Shown in pieces: positions 24,541 through 37,761 of a DNA stretch of 64,000 nt; within the stretch, counting starts at the first letter, position 1; each line of letters starts with the position of its first letter. Below the pieces are notes generated by a model, which searched no databases, had not been told where the DNA came from, and worked only from the letters and a program-made list of their open reading frames with translations. Source of the DNA: Neodothiora populina (taxonomy: Eukaryota). A program made the position numbers and the translations under genes. Location of the stretch: the NCBI RefSeq assembly GCF_041146345.1, contig NW_027191409.1, positions 1,674,001 through 1,738,000 on the forward strand, in the 5' to 3' direction.

Positions 24541-26428
24541 TGTTTCTAATGGGCTGAGTGTACCGGAAGATGGATGAGAGAGTCGCTATCAGTAGTAGGG
24601 AGAAGTGGAAAGATAAAGACCTGGGGCCCTCCAATATGATTAGGAGGGAAACAGCCCTCCTAAAAAAGAACGAGCGACCATCGATGACTGCCGCCAATAT
24701 CTCGATACCGCAAGCAACGGTCACAATGACCCACACGATACAAAGTCTTGAGTGATTGAGACGTCAATGGCTTGCACAGGATTGGACGACCGAGGCACCC
24801 ACACATGTCACGTTGTGGGTATAGATCTGCACTGTGGGGGATGCCAATTGCGGGGTTTCCGGGGGTAAAGTTCTGCCCGGAGCGAATCTGTGCATGCAGC
24901 AACGGCAGACTACAACCGCCCACTGGCCCGACGACCCGTTCTTCACCACCCGGATATAAGTGTCTAGCATGTAGCACGTTCTCTTTTCTAGGCACTCTTG
25001 GTCTTCCATCGAGATGATTCGGCGGACTTGGTCATGACTTGGCTTTCCGGCCCTGGGTATCAGAAGATGACAGCTAGTGATTCTGCGGTTTAGACGAAAG
25101 GTACTGTGTGCAGTCCTCCAGGATCCGGAGTAGTGCCATGGACAATGTAGAGTATCCTCATGATCCAGATAACTGGTATTATTGTGTCCAATCCAATGTC
25201 GCCTTGAGTCGTAGCTCATTCCAGACTCTATACGTTGTGACCGGATTCTTGATGAAACCAGGTAACGAAACCACAAAGGGGACTCGACCGTGATTCCAGG
25301 ACCAAAATATCTACTATCTCACGTACCCCTGACATCGGTGCATTGCGCATCTTGTGCAGATAATGGCTTTCGATCCGAGTCTCTGCTATGTCCTGAAACG
25401 AATGAGGGATGACCAAGACACTGATAGTTCTCTACCCCCGACGAAAGTCCTGTCGTACCTGGACACAAATGAACGTCGAAGAATGGCCTTGTAGCTCTTC
25501 ATGCCCGCGTCCTGGTCGATGGTTTGGATCTAGGCCTTCTGGACTGGTGTGTTGCGGACATGTCGCTCTTTGCTCGCTGTGACTTCCCTTGGGATGGATG
25601 AGTGTACTGGACTGTCGCGAAGATTCCGATCGCCTTCTCTTGCATTGGGAAATGTCGAGATTGACTCACTTCCATCTTACAATTGGACATAGAGATCGAG
25701 TCGACCGGAATATGCTGGAGTGCCCTGACTAGTGGTGTTCTTGATGGCTGATCTATCGCTGCTCACTTCGAGTACTCCCGAGGCTTGGTTATATCAGCTG
25801 GATTAATGAAAGAATATCAATGAACCTTCGGATTGGAACTTATTGATCTTTGCTTACGTTGCGATGTCCATTCCAGCTTGATGCGACAAAGCCCAATGCA
25901 GGTATGATGATAAGGGATGATGAAGATATCCCGGCACCTCACTATCATTCACTGTCTGCATGACTTTTTGATTGATCAGAGACCGCTATTAGGCGTCACA
26001 GATGGTGGTCCATGGATTGCGGCATTGCTATGTTGACTGTCGCGCTAGTGAGCTGTGGTTGTCCCCATCATGTACGATGTGGCGCTGGATATGTGGCGGC
26101 CTGTATGTGGCGCGGACCACCTCCATCTCTCCTCAATCGCCTCTCCATCTATTCACTTGACACCAGCCACCCTCTTGACATGCTGTAGATGGGCTCATCT
26201 CACTTGGTTCTGGCATTGGTTCTACAGCCTTCTCTTAGTTACGCGCTAGCGCCCCATTTGGTTACCCACTTGATCGCTTCTTCGTAGGTTCACCTCCTTC
26301 TTCTTTACTCAACACCCAGCCTCCTATTTTACACATGAGCTCTCTGTTCTCCTCCTCTCAATCATTCCTCTCTACCCATCATCAGAACAGAATCTTTACT
26401 AACATCTCTTGAGAGGCGCCTACTCATT

Positions 26429-28606
26429 ATGCAGCCTCCTACTAGCCCTGTCGCGATGGGATGCTGTCGCCATAAAGAGTGCCATCCTGCAGCATTCTGC
26501 ACTCCTCTGACTTCAAGCTCTCAGCGTTTTCTACCCGTTTTCACTCCTCCATCGACAGGACACTCTTGTGCACGTGGCGACACTATCCACTCATCTTATT
26601 GTGTCGCAAATGTCTCTGCACTGTTGGCTCGCATCGCTGTGCTCGAAGCTGAGGTCAAGCTTGAGCAAAAGAAAAGAGAGATGGCAGAGCAGAACTGTTC
26701 TTATCTCGTCGAGCAATTTCGCTCGCACCAGTCGGGCGCTCAGCAGACTTCCCCATCCAGCGTCGCTGGTAAGATCACCTTGGGCCATTGGAAGGCTAAC
26801 CTCCTGAAGAAGAAGCTTCAGGAGCACCGCAAGACATGTGATCGCATGTCTCCAAAGAGCTTCTCCACGATTAATAATATGGATGTTGATCGCGCCAATG
26901 ACGAGAATGTTACTTCTGTAGGAAATGGTCAAGCTGCGAATGCCCAGACTACTACTCCTAGTACCGGCCTTGTGATGAAGTCCACAAGCGGTTCAAACAT
27001 CAAGACCAACAGCTTGACTGAAGGTGCCCCTGACCCTGCAGTGCGTCGCGAGGAACCAGAGGAAGACGTCTTTTATGCGCCTCCTGCAGCAAAATCGGTC
27101 AGTCCCTCCACTTCTTGTCCTTATGTCCTTCCTTCGCCACGTCACTTGTATCGCACTTGTCATGGCGATAGCAGACCAAATGCCTCTAGCGGTTCTCAGA
27201 TGGACCCAGGTCATCCTGTAGCCACTGATGGTGAAGACATGATGGGTTACTCTCCATTGGCCCTCATACGCAACGAATCCGTTTGGCCAGCAGCCCCTGA
27301 GAATTCTCCGTCTTCTGAATTTCAGGCCAGCAGAGACTACCATGTCCGCCACGGATACTCCGGCTCGCCACAGACCAAGGCATTGAAGAACGAGACATCC
27401 ATGGAAGACTTGGTTGTCGTTGATGAGGCGACCGAGGAACAGCCTGATGTCAACCACGTCGACGCGACCAATCATGGCGAATCTCTAACTCCGAACATCG
27501 CGTCTCACGATGCCACTGCTGCTTCTTCCCACGATGCTATTGGTACTTCTTCTCAGTTGCCCAACATCGAGCACGCGATCAGGCGCAGATCAGAGCAACC
27601 CCATCATCTTGATGCCCAGGAGGACAAACAGGCTACTCTCAGAATGCTCGCATATCGGGTCTCACCAACAGACACTGATGTCTACCGCACGGTCCTCGTC
27701 CAAGGCATACCCCCACAGATGAAACTGGCGGAACTCACAGCCAAAGTCTGCGGCGGCTTGGTGGTTTCGATCAAGTACATGGATACAAAGTCGATCTGCG
27801 GTACCAACAGCGCATTCATTGTTTTCTTGCGCGAGGATTCTGCTCGCAATTTTGTCAAACATGCCAACGGAGGCCAGGGCCCCCACAAGAACGGCGCTAC
27901 CATATACGGCCCCAAGATGACAGTCGGAATCCTCAACAGTCCCACTCACCCTCTGTCTGCAGGCGAGCAGGATGCAATCGTGAACCTCCAGTGTACCCGT
28001 TGTCTCGCTCTCTTCGGGGTCCCTCCATCGAAGCCCCTGGCGGAGGTTGTTGAAGATCTTATGCAAAGCTATATCGTCGGCTGTGATACCATTGACAAAA
28101 AGAAGGCGTTCATCAAGGCCTGCCGCACCGATGACGATGAGATTCGCTTGGACATGGTTTCTGTGAGGACTGCGGGGAGAGTTATCGCACGCTTGGACAA
28201 TTCATTCAAACCATACCTCGTGAAGGCTCATATTGTTTGTGTTGAAGATCCTTGCGCTAGGGACATTCCTTCTTCGTTGTCTTTGGACGCCAGTTGCCAT
28301 GCGGTCTTTCCTTCCAAGCAGGCCGAACACAAGGCTGTCCCTGAGACAAAGTATGCGACTTTTTTGGACTCTAGCTGCTATGCGCCCGGCAACTCCTCTC
28401 AGACTGACACCAAGACTGGTCCAAAGAACGCGCTTAACCCACGCGTTGTCCCTTTCGCTATCAAGGAGGGCAAGACCATTCCTGAGCCTGAAACCGACAA
28501 GACCTTCACTTCCGCAGGCGCAACCATTGACCTGATGGACTTCGAGGACGACAGCAAGAGCATGATCGAAGACATTGGCGATCTCATGGATTTCGGAGAC
28601 AAGTAG
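26429..28606 (+). CDS. Coiled-coil + fungal RRM-like RNA-binding protein
   Basis: 725-aa ORF. N-terminal heptads (LARIAVLEAEVKLEQKKREMAEQ), an RRM-like YRTVLVQGIP..GGLVVSI..SAFIVF..SARNF segment and a second RRM-like half (TRCLAL..SVRTA..EDPCA). Confidence 0.7.
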   Translation: MQPPTSPVAMGCCRHKECHPAAFCTPLTSSSQRFLPVFTPPSTGHSCARGDTIHSSYCVANVSALLARIAVLEAEVKLEQKKREMAEQNCSYLVEQFRSHQSGAQQTSPSSVAGKITLGHWKANLLKKKLQEHRKTCDRMSPKSFSTINNMDVDRANDENVTSVGNGQAANAQTTTPSTGLVMKSTSGSNIKTNSLTEGAPDPAVRREEPEEDVFYAPPAAKSVSPSTSCPYVLPSPRHLYRTCHGDSRPNASSGSQMDPGHPVATDGEDMMGYSPLALIRNESVWPAAPENSPSSEFQASRDYHVRHGYSGSPQTKALKNETSMEDLVVVDEATEEQPDVNHVDATNHGESLTPNIASHDATAASSHDAIGTSSQLPNIEHAIRRRSEQPHHLDAQEDKQATLRMLAYRVSPTDTDVYRTVLVQGIPPQMKLAELTAKVCGGLVVSIKYMDTKSICGTNSAFIVFLREDSARNFVKHANGGQGPHKNGATIYGPKMTVGILNSPTHPLSAGEQDAIVNLQCTRCLALFGVPPSKPLAEVVEDLMQSYIVGCDTIDKKKAFIKACRTDDDEIRLDMVSVRTAGRVIARLDNSFKPYLVKAHIVCVEDPCARDIPSSLSLDASCHAVFPSKQAEHKAVPETKYATFLDSSCYAPGNSSQTDTKTGPKNALNPRVVPFAIKEGKTIPEPETDKTFTSAGATIDLMDFEDDSKSMIEDIGDLMDFGDK

Positions 28607-30878
28607 GCGCAAATGGCATGATCTGTCCGAGAGGATCAGATCGACGACGCCTTGGTGGATTGGACAGAGCAGACGGGAGCATAATTGGGGGAGTTGCAGA
28701 AGGCTGTTGGTCCGTTTCTGCTTTCCTTTCCTTTTTTCCCTTTTCACTTTCCTTCCTGAGCTTACTCATTAGTTAAGCATGCGTCCGTATACGCATAGCG
28801 ATGGCATTTCATGGAGTTCAGGAACGATTATTCTAGGTTTTAGTAGTACCCGAATTGAAAACACAATCACAAAAACCGTCCGCTCCCCTCAAAACGAACA
28901 CAGTGAACAAGAAAAGAAATGAGATGAAGAGAGGTTACCTAGCAAATTGATATACACACGCCTATGCCCATACCTGTACTTATACCTGACGAAGAAGACC
29001 ATGTCTATGCCATCAGGCGAACATGACCCAGTCCATCAATGCAAACATGAAAGCCAGAGACTGCAAAGGACAAGACAAGGGCGGTATCTAGATGTATCGA
29101 GCTACTTCCTCCGCTGCGGTCTTTGTTTTTGACGAATACCCAACCTTAGGCCTCTGATCAGTTCGATCTACTCCATGATCAACTGTTTGTCTCTTCTACC
29201 TCTCGACGGACGACCTCTTGTCTTGTTAAGAAGCTGATACGCGAATATACATGGAAAAGCCTTTGACAGCATCTTTCTTCCTTGCTCTGCTGCTTGTCCT
29301 TCGACATTCTATCTCCCCCTTTCTCTGATGTTGCACTGTTCTCTCTGACTGTCGATCGATTGAGCAGACAAGTAGACGAGCAAGCAGATATCTATTAGTC
29401 CCTCTGTCATGTATCTCGCGAGTCAACTACCTAGTCATTTGGCTTAATAGTCCTATGCCTTCCTGTCTGATCATATACTTGATCCATGCATCTATTTACC
29501 TTACTGATCCACCCGCTCACTGAACTATCTACCTACCCACCTACCTGTCTACCCAGCGAGAACGCTATGAAGAAGAAACCCCTACAAAGTCCTCATACCC
29601 GCCCACTACAGCGCAGATAACTTCGACAATCGAGACCGAAGTACTACCGCCGTAGACGCCCGTCACGACATACCTCGTAACCTCGACATCCCTCGATATA
29701 AGTAGTTCAAGCACAGTAAAAAGACAAACGAGGGACGGAGACAGACGTGCGCACAAAACGGTAGCCACGTTCATTCCTCATATGCATGATGCATCTCATG
29801 GGATTGGTATAGGCAAGATCTGCGCAATGGAGATGCTCTATCTACCTTGCGTGTGAACGCTAGCGTATAGACGCTCTCCTTCTGGCTTCGTGCAGATGAT
29901 TGTTCTTTGTCGCTTGTGCCTGTACCATAGCATGCTACGACAGTCGTCTCATCAAAGGCATGGTTTGGATTGCAGGAGATGCTCCATCTGCTATCCATGA
30001 TATTGTGCTTTTGGAAAGGAATTGTGCCGCTGGTCTACCTCCCTTTTTTTCCGTCCCCCTTTATCTGCGCTTGTTGGGCACACTCTGCTCTGCTCTGCTC
30101 AGCTTCTCATCAGACGTTCTGCGCTCTTGCACAGTCATGTCAGAAGCCGCTCTATCTCTCTAGGCGAGTGCGAGTTTCTAGCCTCAAGTACTTTCCTCAT
30201 AAGAGGTGGGGACACCCCGTCTTTAGCACAGACAATCTGCCATCCCGTGGCACACTCTGCCATGACGTGGAGATATCCTGCTTCACACCCGTTCCTTGCT
30301 CTGTCGTGCGTAGACTGTCGTGCGTAGATGAGTATGTTTTTCTTCCATGATGATGTTGTAGCTTTACTGTGCTTCGGGACAGTGTTGCTTTGGTTCTGAG
30401 CTGTCTTATGGGCTTGGCTATGGCTATGTCTTGCCTTCTCCTCTCTCGACAAGCATACAGTAAGTCTGTACGAATCAGGAGCAGCATTCCCTGTGAAAGT
30501 CCATGTGAGGTGGTTCTTATACTGTTTAGCTTGTGCGAAGGCTGTATAATTTCCCATCGTCTTTCGTCTTCGCTATCGTCTCCTCTATCGTCTTCTCCAT
30601 CGTCTGTAACACATTGACTGTTTTCGCATTCTTCACACACTAACTCCATTCACAAGAAAGACAGAAAACCATTGACAGTCAGAGAATCAGAAAGAAGGCG
30701 AAGAGGAAAAAAAGGAAATAGGGCTTATTCTTCATGCATGCCCATTTGATAGCAATTCATACATTTAACAAGAAACAGTTCATCTAAGGCGCGGAGAAGG
30801 ATATAGACACACACACATTACACAATCCACTTCAACGACAGGCCTTGGTCGGATGGGAGCAACACTTTATGTACTTGC

Positions 30879-32640
30879 TCAACCACTCTCCTCTGCAGCT
30901 GCTCTGCGCTCGTATTGAACTACGGCGGGGCTGAGGGGGCGCGAGAATAACGACTATGTAACAAGAGTCAGCTTTCCGGGATTCAAACAGAGAGAATAGA
31001 CAGAAAAACACTTACAGAGTAATCAGTGCCAACAACACCCTCCACACCCTCCAGATTACGGAACTTGAACGTCCTGACCATAGTCGCGAGGATCGTCTGA
31101 AGCTGGACATACGCAAACTGCTCTCCGATGCAGCGATGTCTGCCGGCTCCGAAAGGTAGGTACGGCGACGAGGCGCCCTTGCTGACCATTCCGTATCCGT
31201 AATCCGTCTTTTCGTCTTCATCGAGGGCGGAGGCAGCGATCTTGGGCTTGAGTTTGGCGTATCTGTCGTCGTCGGCGGTCTTTGCCGTGCTGGCGTCCCA
31301 GCGGTGAGGCTCCCAGAGTGCGGGCTCGGGGAAGTACTCGGTGGACTTGGAGGTCACGCCGGGCGCGGCGAGGAGGACGTGGTCGGTGGGGATGACGTAT
31401 GGAGTGCCTTCGACGGGCATGGGAGACTTGACGGCGCGCATGATGCTGTGAATGGGACTGTGCATACGCAGCGTCTCCTTGACGGTCTGGGCGTGCAGGG
31501 GAAGACGAGAGAGGTCCTCGAAAGTCAGATCGGGAAGATCATCTCCCAGGACGCGCTTCTGCTCTTCCAACAATTCCTCCATGATGTCAGGTCGAGAGGC
31601 GAGACGAAGCATGATCCACGAAAAGGTAGAGGCAGAGCTGTGTTGACCGGCCATAAGCAGAGCAATCATCATGTTGGCAATCTCTCTGTCAGGAATCTGG
31701 ACGCCGTCCTTGTACTGGCAGGTCATCAAGTTCCATATCATGTCCTTCTCTCCGGCTTCTTCACCCTTGGCAAGTGCCTCTCTTCGTGCCTTGATGATGT
31801 CCATGTAGGTTTGGCTCATCTTCTGCTGGGCGTAATCGCGTCTCCGGTTCTGGGGCAGAGGAGCCCAGGGCAACATGAAGTTGATCGGGGTGAAGCCCAT
31901 GTCGAGATCGTGGAAAAGGTCGGCAAAGGTTCCGTCAAACTTGTCGCGCACTTCCTTGCCCTGCAGAGAGCGACTGGCGGTGTAGATGGTCAATTCGGCC
32001 ACGGCCTTGGGCACGTCGATGGAGCCCTTTTGGCCCTTGAAGTAAGGAGAAGTCTTCATGTAAGCCTCGGTTTCGGATGCGATCAACTGGACGTAGGACC
32101 GGAGAGAGTCTGAGGTCAGGCCGAACTTGATGAACTTCTTCTGTTCCATGAGCTTCGAATTGGGGCAATCGTAGACGACATCAGGACCGAAGACAGGAGT
32201 GGTCAACGGGCTATAGATTTCCTCGGCGCAAACATCCTTGAGCTTGCCGTTCAGGATGAAGTCGTTTCCCTTGGTGCCCAGGCAGACGGTGGTCTTCTTG
32301 CCGAGGAGGATGAACGTGAAGACGTCGCCATACTGTGAACATAGATTGCGTCAGTTGGCAGTCAATTGAATCAGACACTCGGGGACAATCATACCTGCTC
32401 GCGGCAACGAGAAAAGAACTTGTAGGGCTCCATGCCATACGTGACAGTGCTACCAATAAAGGGCACCCAGTGAAACACCAATGGCGGCTCACTGCTCTTC
32501 CTTCGTAGCAATTGACTCGCCACGTTCAAGAGACAGGCGGCCGTGATGAATGCACCGATTCCAATGACTGCGAGCAGGTACACTGGTTGTCCCTCAAGAC
32601 GCGCCGACGCCCACTGCGTGACATCCCCTGATAAACCCAT
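30879..32640 (-). CDS. CYP51: Sterol 14-alpha-demethylase, CYP51B-type; exons 32640-32395, 32332-31016, 30953-30879
   Basis: [56 protein letters not shown], heme signature [15 protein letters not shown]. Confidence 0.97.
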
Positions 32641-33431
32641 CGTGGATGGTAGAGTTTATTTTTCCGTTCTGTTGTTGATGTGTAAATGCAAGAGTTGGCG
32701 TGGCGGGGGAGTAGAAATCAGGGGAGTGGAGAGTTATACAGAAAAAAGAAGCGGAGGACAACAGACCCAACCGAAACTCCTCAACGGCAATAGAGAAAGA
32801 CAGAGACACGAGATGAAGAGGGACAGAAACTTGATGGAGACAACACGCCGATGTCCGCCCTGAACTTGGACCGAGACTAGGAAACAGGAATTACAGCAAA
32901 TGGGAAACAAGATGATTCTATATTGCGTCTGAGAGAAACACCAAAGCAGCAACAACTAAAACCACACTCCGCTTGCACAAGATTCAATCACCAACACCAA
33001 AGCAGATATGGTTCGATTTTGGGCAGGAAATCAGCCCATTGGTTTCCACCAACACCATTGCCGTACACCTACAATTGCGCACGACAGTTGAGATTGGCCA
33101 CCTTTTTCCCACTCCTTTGGGTAAGGTAAAAGCCAGCACGGACCCCACCACCGAATCTCCAGTCCTTGGCAGGGGAAAATCATGTCATAATCTATCTGGC
33201 CTCGATAGAACCCACTCTGTCATTGGTCGTCCAATCGTTGGCCCGCCTGGGGTGCATGAACTCGGTGTTTCCCTGCTTTGGTTTTTTCCTTCTGGTGAGA
33301 GATGATGACCTATGACCAATTTTATTTGTACCGCATGTCATTCGTGAGCCATTGTTTCCATGCTTCATTATCTTACTGTAGCAGTAGCAGTAGCAGCAGC
33401 GTTTCTTGTCGGCTCATGTTAGATCCGGAAA

Positions 33432-33441
33432 ATCATACGAT
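33432..33441. promoter_or_regulatory. Candidate sterol-regulatory element (ATCATACGAT) about 790 bp upstream of CYP51
   Basis: The 10-mer is seen directly and fits the ATCNNNNGAT shape bound by fungal SREBP-type bHLH factors. Function is untested. Confidence 0.4.
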
Positions 33442-33826
33442 TTGTCGTCGAAGGATGCCATGTCGGCCCTAGGACACAGCGACGCAGGAACAGGTAGCAC
33501 TTGCAGATGTCGCGGCATATTTGCCTCACACTGGACAGATCAGTACACTACGTTGAAGGTACAACATAGAGGCACAGTAGATCATTCCCTGCGGTGTACC
33601 CAATACAGCGTGGACGCTGTTTTGCTGTATACGAAAGAGCGCATGTGAGCGGAGACGCAATGAGTTTACCTGGATCACTGCGCATACTCAAATTCATAAA
33701 GTGTTCTTCAGTCTTATTTTTCTGTCATAAATTATATAGAGCACAAGTAGCGTGTTGACAACGAAGACACCAAAACATGTCCATGCCAGGAAAAGAAAGT
33801 CTATCCTTCACAGTGACACCGCTCGC

Positions 33827-36057
33827 CTAGTCTTCCACAGGCTTCATCGACTGATCCTGATAGTGACTGGCGTTGTCGTTGCCGAAAAGAGGTTCGTCCA
33901 CTGCGCCTCCCATCTTGACAAACTCCTTTGGATCTCTCTCGTGGCCTGGCGTGATCTCTTGCTTCTTCGCTTCTGTCTTTTCAGAGGGCGTCGTCTTGTC
34001 GTTGTTCTTTTCCCACACCTTGACCTTGGTGTGCTCCTTGTCTCCAGCGTCGATCACCTTGACAACACTGACGTCGTTGAGAGAGCTCAGTAGCGTCCTC
34101 TCGCGCACTGGCTTTCTCTTCGAAAAGTCAAGTTTGCCCATTGCTCCAGTCAGTCCGTCTGTGCTCTCCATACTGGCTCCCGGGTTGATCACGCCATCTT
34201 TGCCAGGGGGGCCACCCACCTGCCCTGTGGTCCAAGGGTGTTCGAGACACTCGTCGATGCTGATTCTCTTTTCCACATCCACAGTCAACATTTTGTCGAT
34301 CAAGTCCAGAGCCGGATCGCCCACACTGTCCCAGTAAGGGCTGGGGTAATCGAATCGGCCTAGCTTGATCTGTTGGCTGAGGTTATATGGGTTGTCGCGG
34401 GTGCAAAGTTCGTCACTGAACGGCGGAAAGCCGCAGAGACAGATATACAACACCACACCGAGTGACCATACGTCTACGGCCCGAGTGTATCGTCGACGGT
34501 TGCCAGGCTCGAGAATCTCCGGCGCCACATATGATGGTGTTCCGCAAAGCGTCGAAGTGAAGGACTCCTCTCCAATGATCTTGGCAAGGCCAAAGTCTGC
34601 AATCTTGACGTGAAGATCTTTGTCGATGAGTAGAATATTCTCCGGCTTAATGTCACGATGTACTATGTTACGTTCATGCTAGAGATAAAACCGTCAGTAA
34701 GTCTGCGTGACTGGTAGTAGACATACAAAACTTACCAGATACTTCATGCCTTGGAATAGCTGAACAAAAATCTTCCGCGTATCGGCTTCGCTCAACTTCT
34801 GCTTGGCAACGATCCAATTGAAGAGCTCTCCCTCTGGCGCAAGTTCCAGAACCAAGTAGACACCATCCGTCTCGTCGTACGTGTCCTTCAGACACAGCAC
34901 ATTCGGATGAGAAACGCCCATCAGCACTGCGATTTCCTGCTGCAGACCCTCGACTCTGCTCTTTTCCTCTGCTGCTTGTGAATTGCCCACTCGGCGCTTT
35001 TCGAATCGCTTGACTGCGTATTGAAGGCCGGAACATTTCTCGGTGCAAAGGAAGACCGTGGCAAAGTGACCCTTGCCCAATTGACCTTGGATGGTGTACT
35101 GCTGTCTGAATCCGTTGCTGTCACGTACACGAGGATAGCGGAAGATGAAGCGAGCGGCGTCCAGGACCGAGACCTCGTCGCCGTCCTGGAGATCGCGGCG
35201 CTTGTTCCGTCCAACGTAAGCGTCGTTGACGTAGGTACCATTTCCGGAAAGGTCTTCGAGCACAGCTATACTGTCGCCGTTCTTGTTTTCGTTGAACAAA
35301 AGACAATGTCGGTTGCTGACTGTGGGGGAATGGATGACGCGATCTGTATTGTAGAATTAGAAAACAGCGCTGGCATGTGACTGAAAGTCATGTGGAAACA
35401 TACCACACTCGGGATGTCTGCCCAACAAGTAGCCTCCAGCAGGCACACCCTTGGTAGCCTTTTCGCTCTCGTAGTTGTTCTCTTGCTCCGTGTACTCGCT
35501 AGTCTTGACCTTGTTCTTTCCGGTGGTCTTGCCGACCTTATCCCCAGACACCGGGCATGCCGCTCTTTTCCTCAGGACAAGGACTTTGCTGCTCTTGGCG
35601 TCACCTTCGACAGGAATCAGATAGCCCCAGACACCTTCGGCCTCCTCATCTTCGACCTCGTAGGAAATGGGAGGCGGGGGCAGAAACTGGCTGTACGGTT
35701 GAGTGTCTGAAGGGGGCGAGTTGAGACCGGACTGAATGGGCGACGAGTCCGGTGTGGGCTGACGGTCCTGGTGCCGGGACTCGACTGGAGGAGTCTTTGT
35801 CTGTTCTTCGGTCGAGTTGGACGCTTTGCGAGTGACGGGCGAAGGCAAGTGGGTCTGGGCGAGTCTGTCTCTGTCTGTAGCATCGGGTTTTCCGGACAGG
35901 CGATCGGATCTTCGAGGCTTCTTCTGTGAGTCGCTGGCGGCATCATCACTGGAGCCCTGTGTGATGAAGCAGATGAGTAAATTGGTTCAAGTCAATGCTT
36001 TACGAGATTGCGACTGACCCTGGCTCGCTTGAGGCTCTGTTCTTTCGATTGCGGCAT
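33827..36057 (-). CDS. CHK2: Checkpoint kinase Chk2/Cds1/Dun1 family (FHA + Ser/Thr kinase); 4 exons
   Basis: MPQSKEQSLKRAR|..KKPRRSDRL, TQ/SQ sites, FHA (YLLGRHPEC..SNRHC..LEDLSGNGTYVN), kinase GKGHFATV, HRDIKPEN, DFG, CGTPSYVAPE. Confidence 0.93.
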
Positions 36058-36998
36058 TGCGTTGTGCTCTTTTTGTACCTTCTATGTCTAAGGGTAGAGT
36101 AGGTGCATCGAAGTGATGCGACCTATGACCGGAGCAAGAAATGGTAAAAGTGCGGACAGCAGCTGTCGGCAAGAGCGATCCTGACGGCTTCTACAAGTAC
36201 AGTAGATGTGTGACGTCGACCAGGGTATGTGTTTAATTACCTGCTAAGGTACAACTAGGACAATGCACAGACTTGAAGAGACAAGAGAGCGAAAAAAAAG
36301 TCCAGGGTTTTTGATAATGTAAATCAGAGAGATTACAAAGACGCTGTCACTTGTACAGTAAGTACAGCAGTACAGTACGGAAGACGTTGTGTTGATCGAA
36401 CCTCCGAGTCTGGGGATGTGAACTGTGGGTTGACGATCACTCTCTGCCACGATCGGTGGGGTTCGTTACTGTTACAGAACTGTATTTCAAGGCTGAAGCA
36501 AATCGTCGGCAGAGAATGGGCTGAGTCCACTTTTGAGCTTTCAACCGTTTACGCTCTGGCTGCTCTGACTCTATTTCACTTCCAATACCACTCGGAAGAA
36601 GAACCCGAAACGCTGGGAAAGAGAAAGGTGTACAGCAAGAGGTAAATGCAGTAGGCCGAGAGACTGTCTGATCGGGGAAGCCGCCAGCGATCGAGAAACG
36701 ACAACGGACTCGACCCCCGAAGTTTCTGACCACCTGAGGTTGTCTCCACCGCCTTCCGCACGTGCACCATTGACTCCATCCAGGTCCACCTCTGCATCAT
36801 GCTCTATTCTATGCAGTAAAAGGTATACTTTGTCACTCGAGTTGTGATCCAGTGAGGTGAGATGGGTTCACTGACTTGACTCAAGATCATTGGTGCATCA
36901 TCACCAAAAGCCATATTTGCGTACACAACGTCGGGCAGTTCGAAAGACAGGGCAGGATATCTGTGAATGCAGTCATTGTTACCCCGAATTGTGTAATA

Positions 36999-37653
36999 AT
37001 GACCAAAGTCTTGTCACATTTCCCCTTTATCACAGTCGAAGAGTTCGAAGAGGCCTGTCGTCACATCGACAGATGGTCTGAGTTTGAGCTATCGCTTGCA
37101 GGTCCTGTTAGTCTGAAGCTGTCGAAAAGTACATCACTAAATGCTATACACAAGCCAGACGAAGACGGAGACGAAAACGAAGTCAATGAAGACGATGAGG
37201 AGCTGCTTCAATCAGACAGCAATGTGCCGCCGGCGGTGAGATTGGATTACGAAATCATGCTTTCCACCAGCTATCGAGTTCCTGTTGTCTACATGCAATG
37301 TCGCGATAGCTATCTGAGCATCGACCAGGTGTATGATGCCTTGGTGCCTGCCTCAGGCAGTTCTGCCATGAGAGCAGTCGGAGTGCTCGGCGCCTTATCT
37401 ATGACGGTATTGTTGTCTCATGAGCAGTGCGAGAGACGAGTATGCTGATGGACAACCAAAGGACCATCCTTTGACTGGCCTGCCCGCGTATTTCGTCCAT
37501 CCGTGTCGCACTGCCGAGGCTATTCGTTCAAGTTCTGCATCGTCGCAGATGGATCCTTTGGCATATATGATGCTCTGGTTTGGAGTTATTGGCAGCAGTG
37601 TCGGGCTGAGCGTGCCGACAAAAGTTGCGCTACATTCAAACATATGCAACTGA
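36999..37653 (+). CDS. ATG10: Ubiquitin-like-conjugating (E2-like) autophagy protein Atg10; intron 37407-37461
   Basis: FPFIT.EEF..AC, YEIMLSTSYRVPVVY, ALSMT|DHPLTGLPAYFVHPC.T (catalytic HPC), W.G.IG..VGL. Confidence 0.88.
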
Positions 37654-37761
37654 GCAACAACCCTGGACGGACAAGGCATTGTCCTCGGAGGCGTGAGATC
37701 GAGATTACGCGTGAACGTGCATCGAGAGTAATGGCACTCGTCGCGCATTTGGTCGGCCCAT

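Noticed and set aside
24558..26250. Short ORFs and ATGATGA (box C-like) words in the MFS/RRM divergent region
   Set aside because: No coding signature; no convincing box C/D pairing or rRNA guide identified by eye.
28900..30650. ORFs of 60-150 aa between the RRM gene and CYP51
   Set aside because: Overlapping on both strands with no recognisable motif; cannot support a gene, though a small spliced one is not excluded.
31304..32113. 269-aa plus-strand ORF
   Set aside because: Antisense shadow of CYP51.
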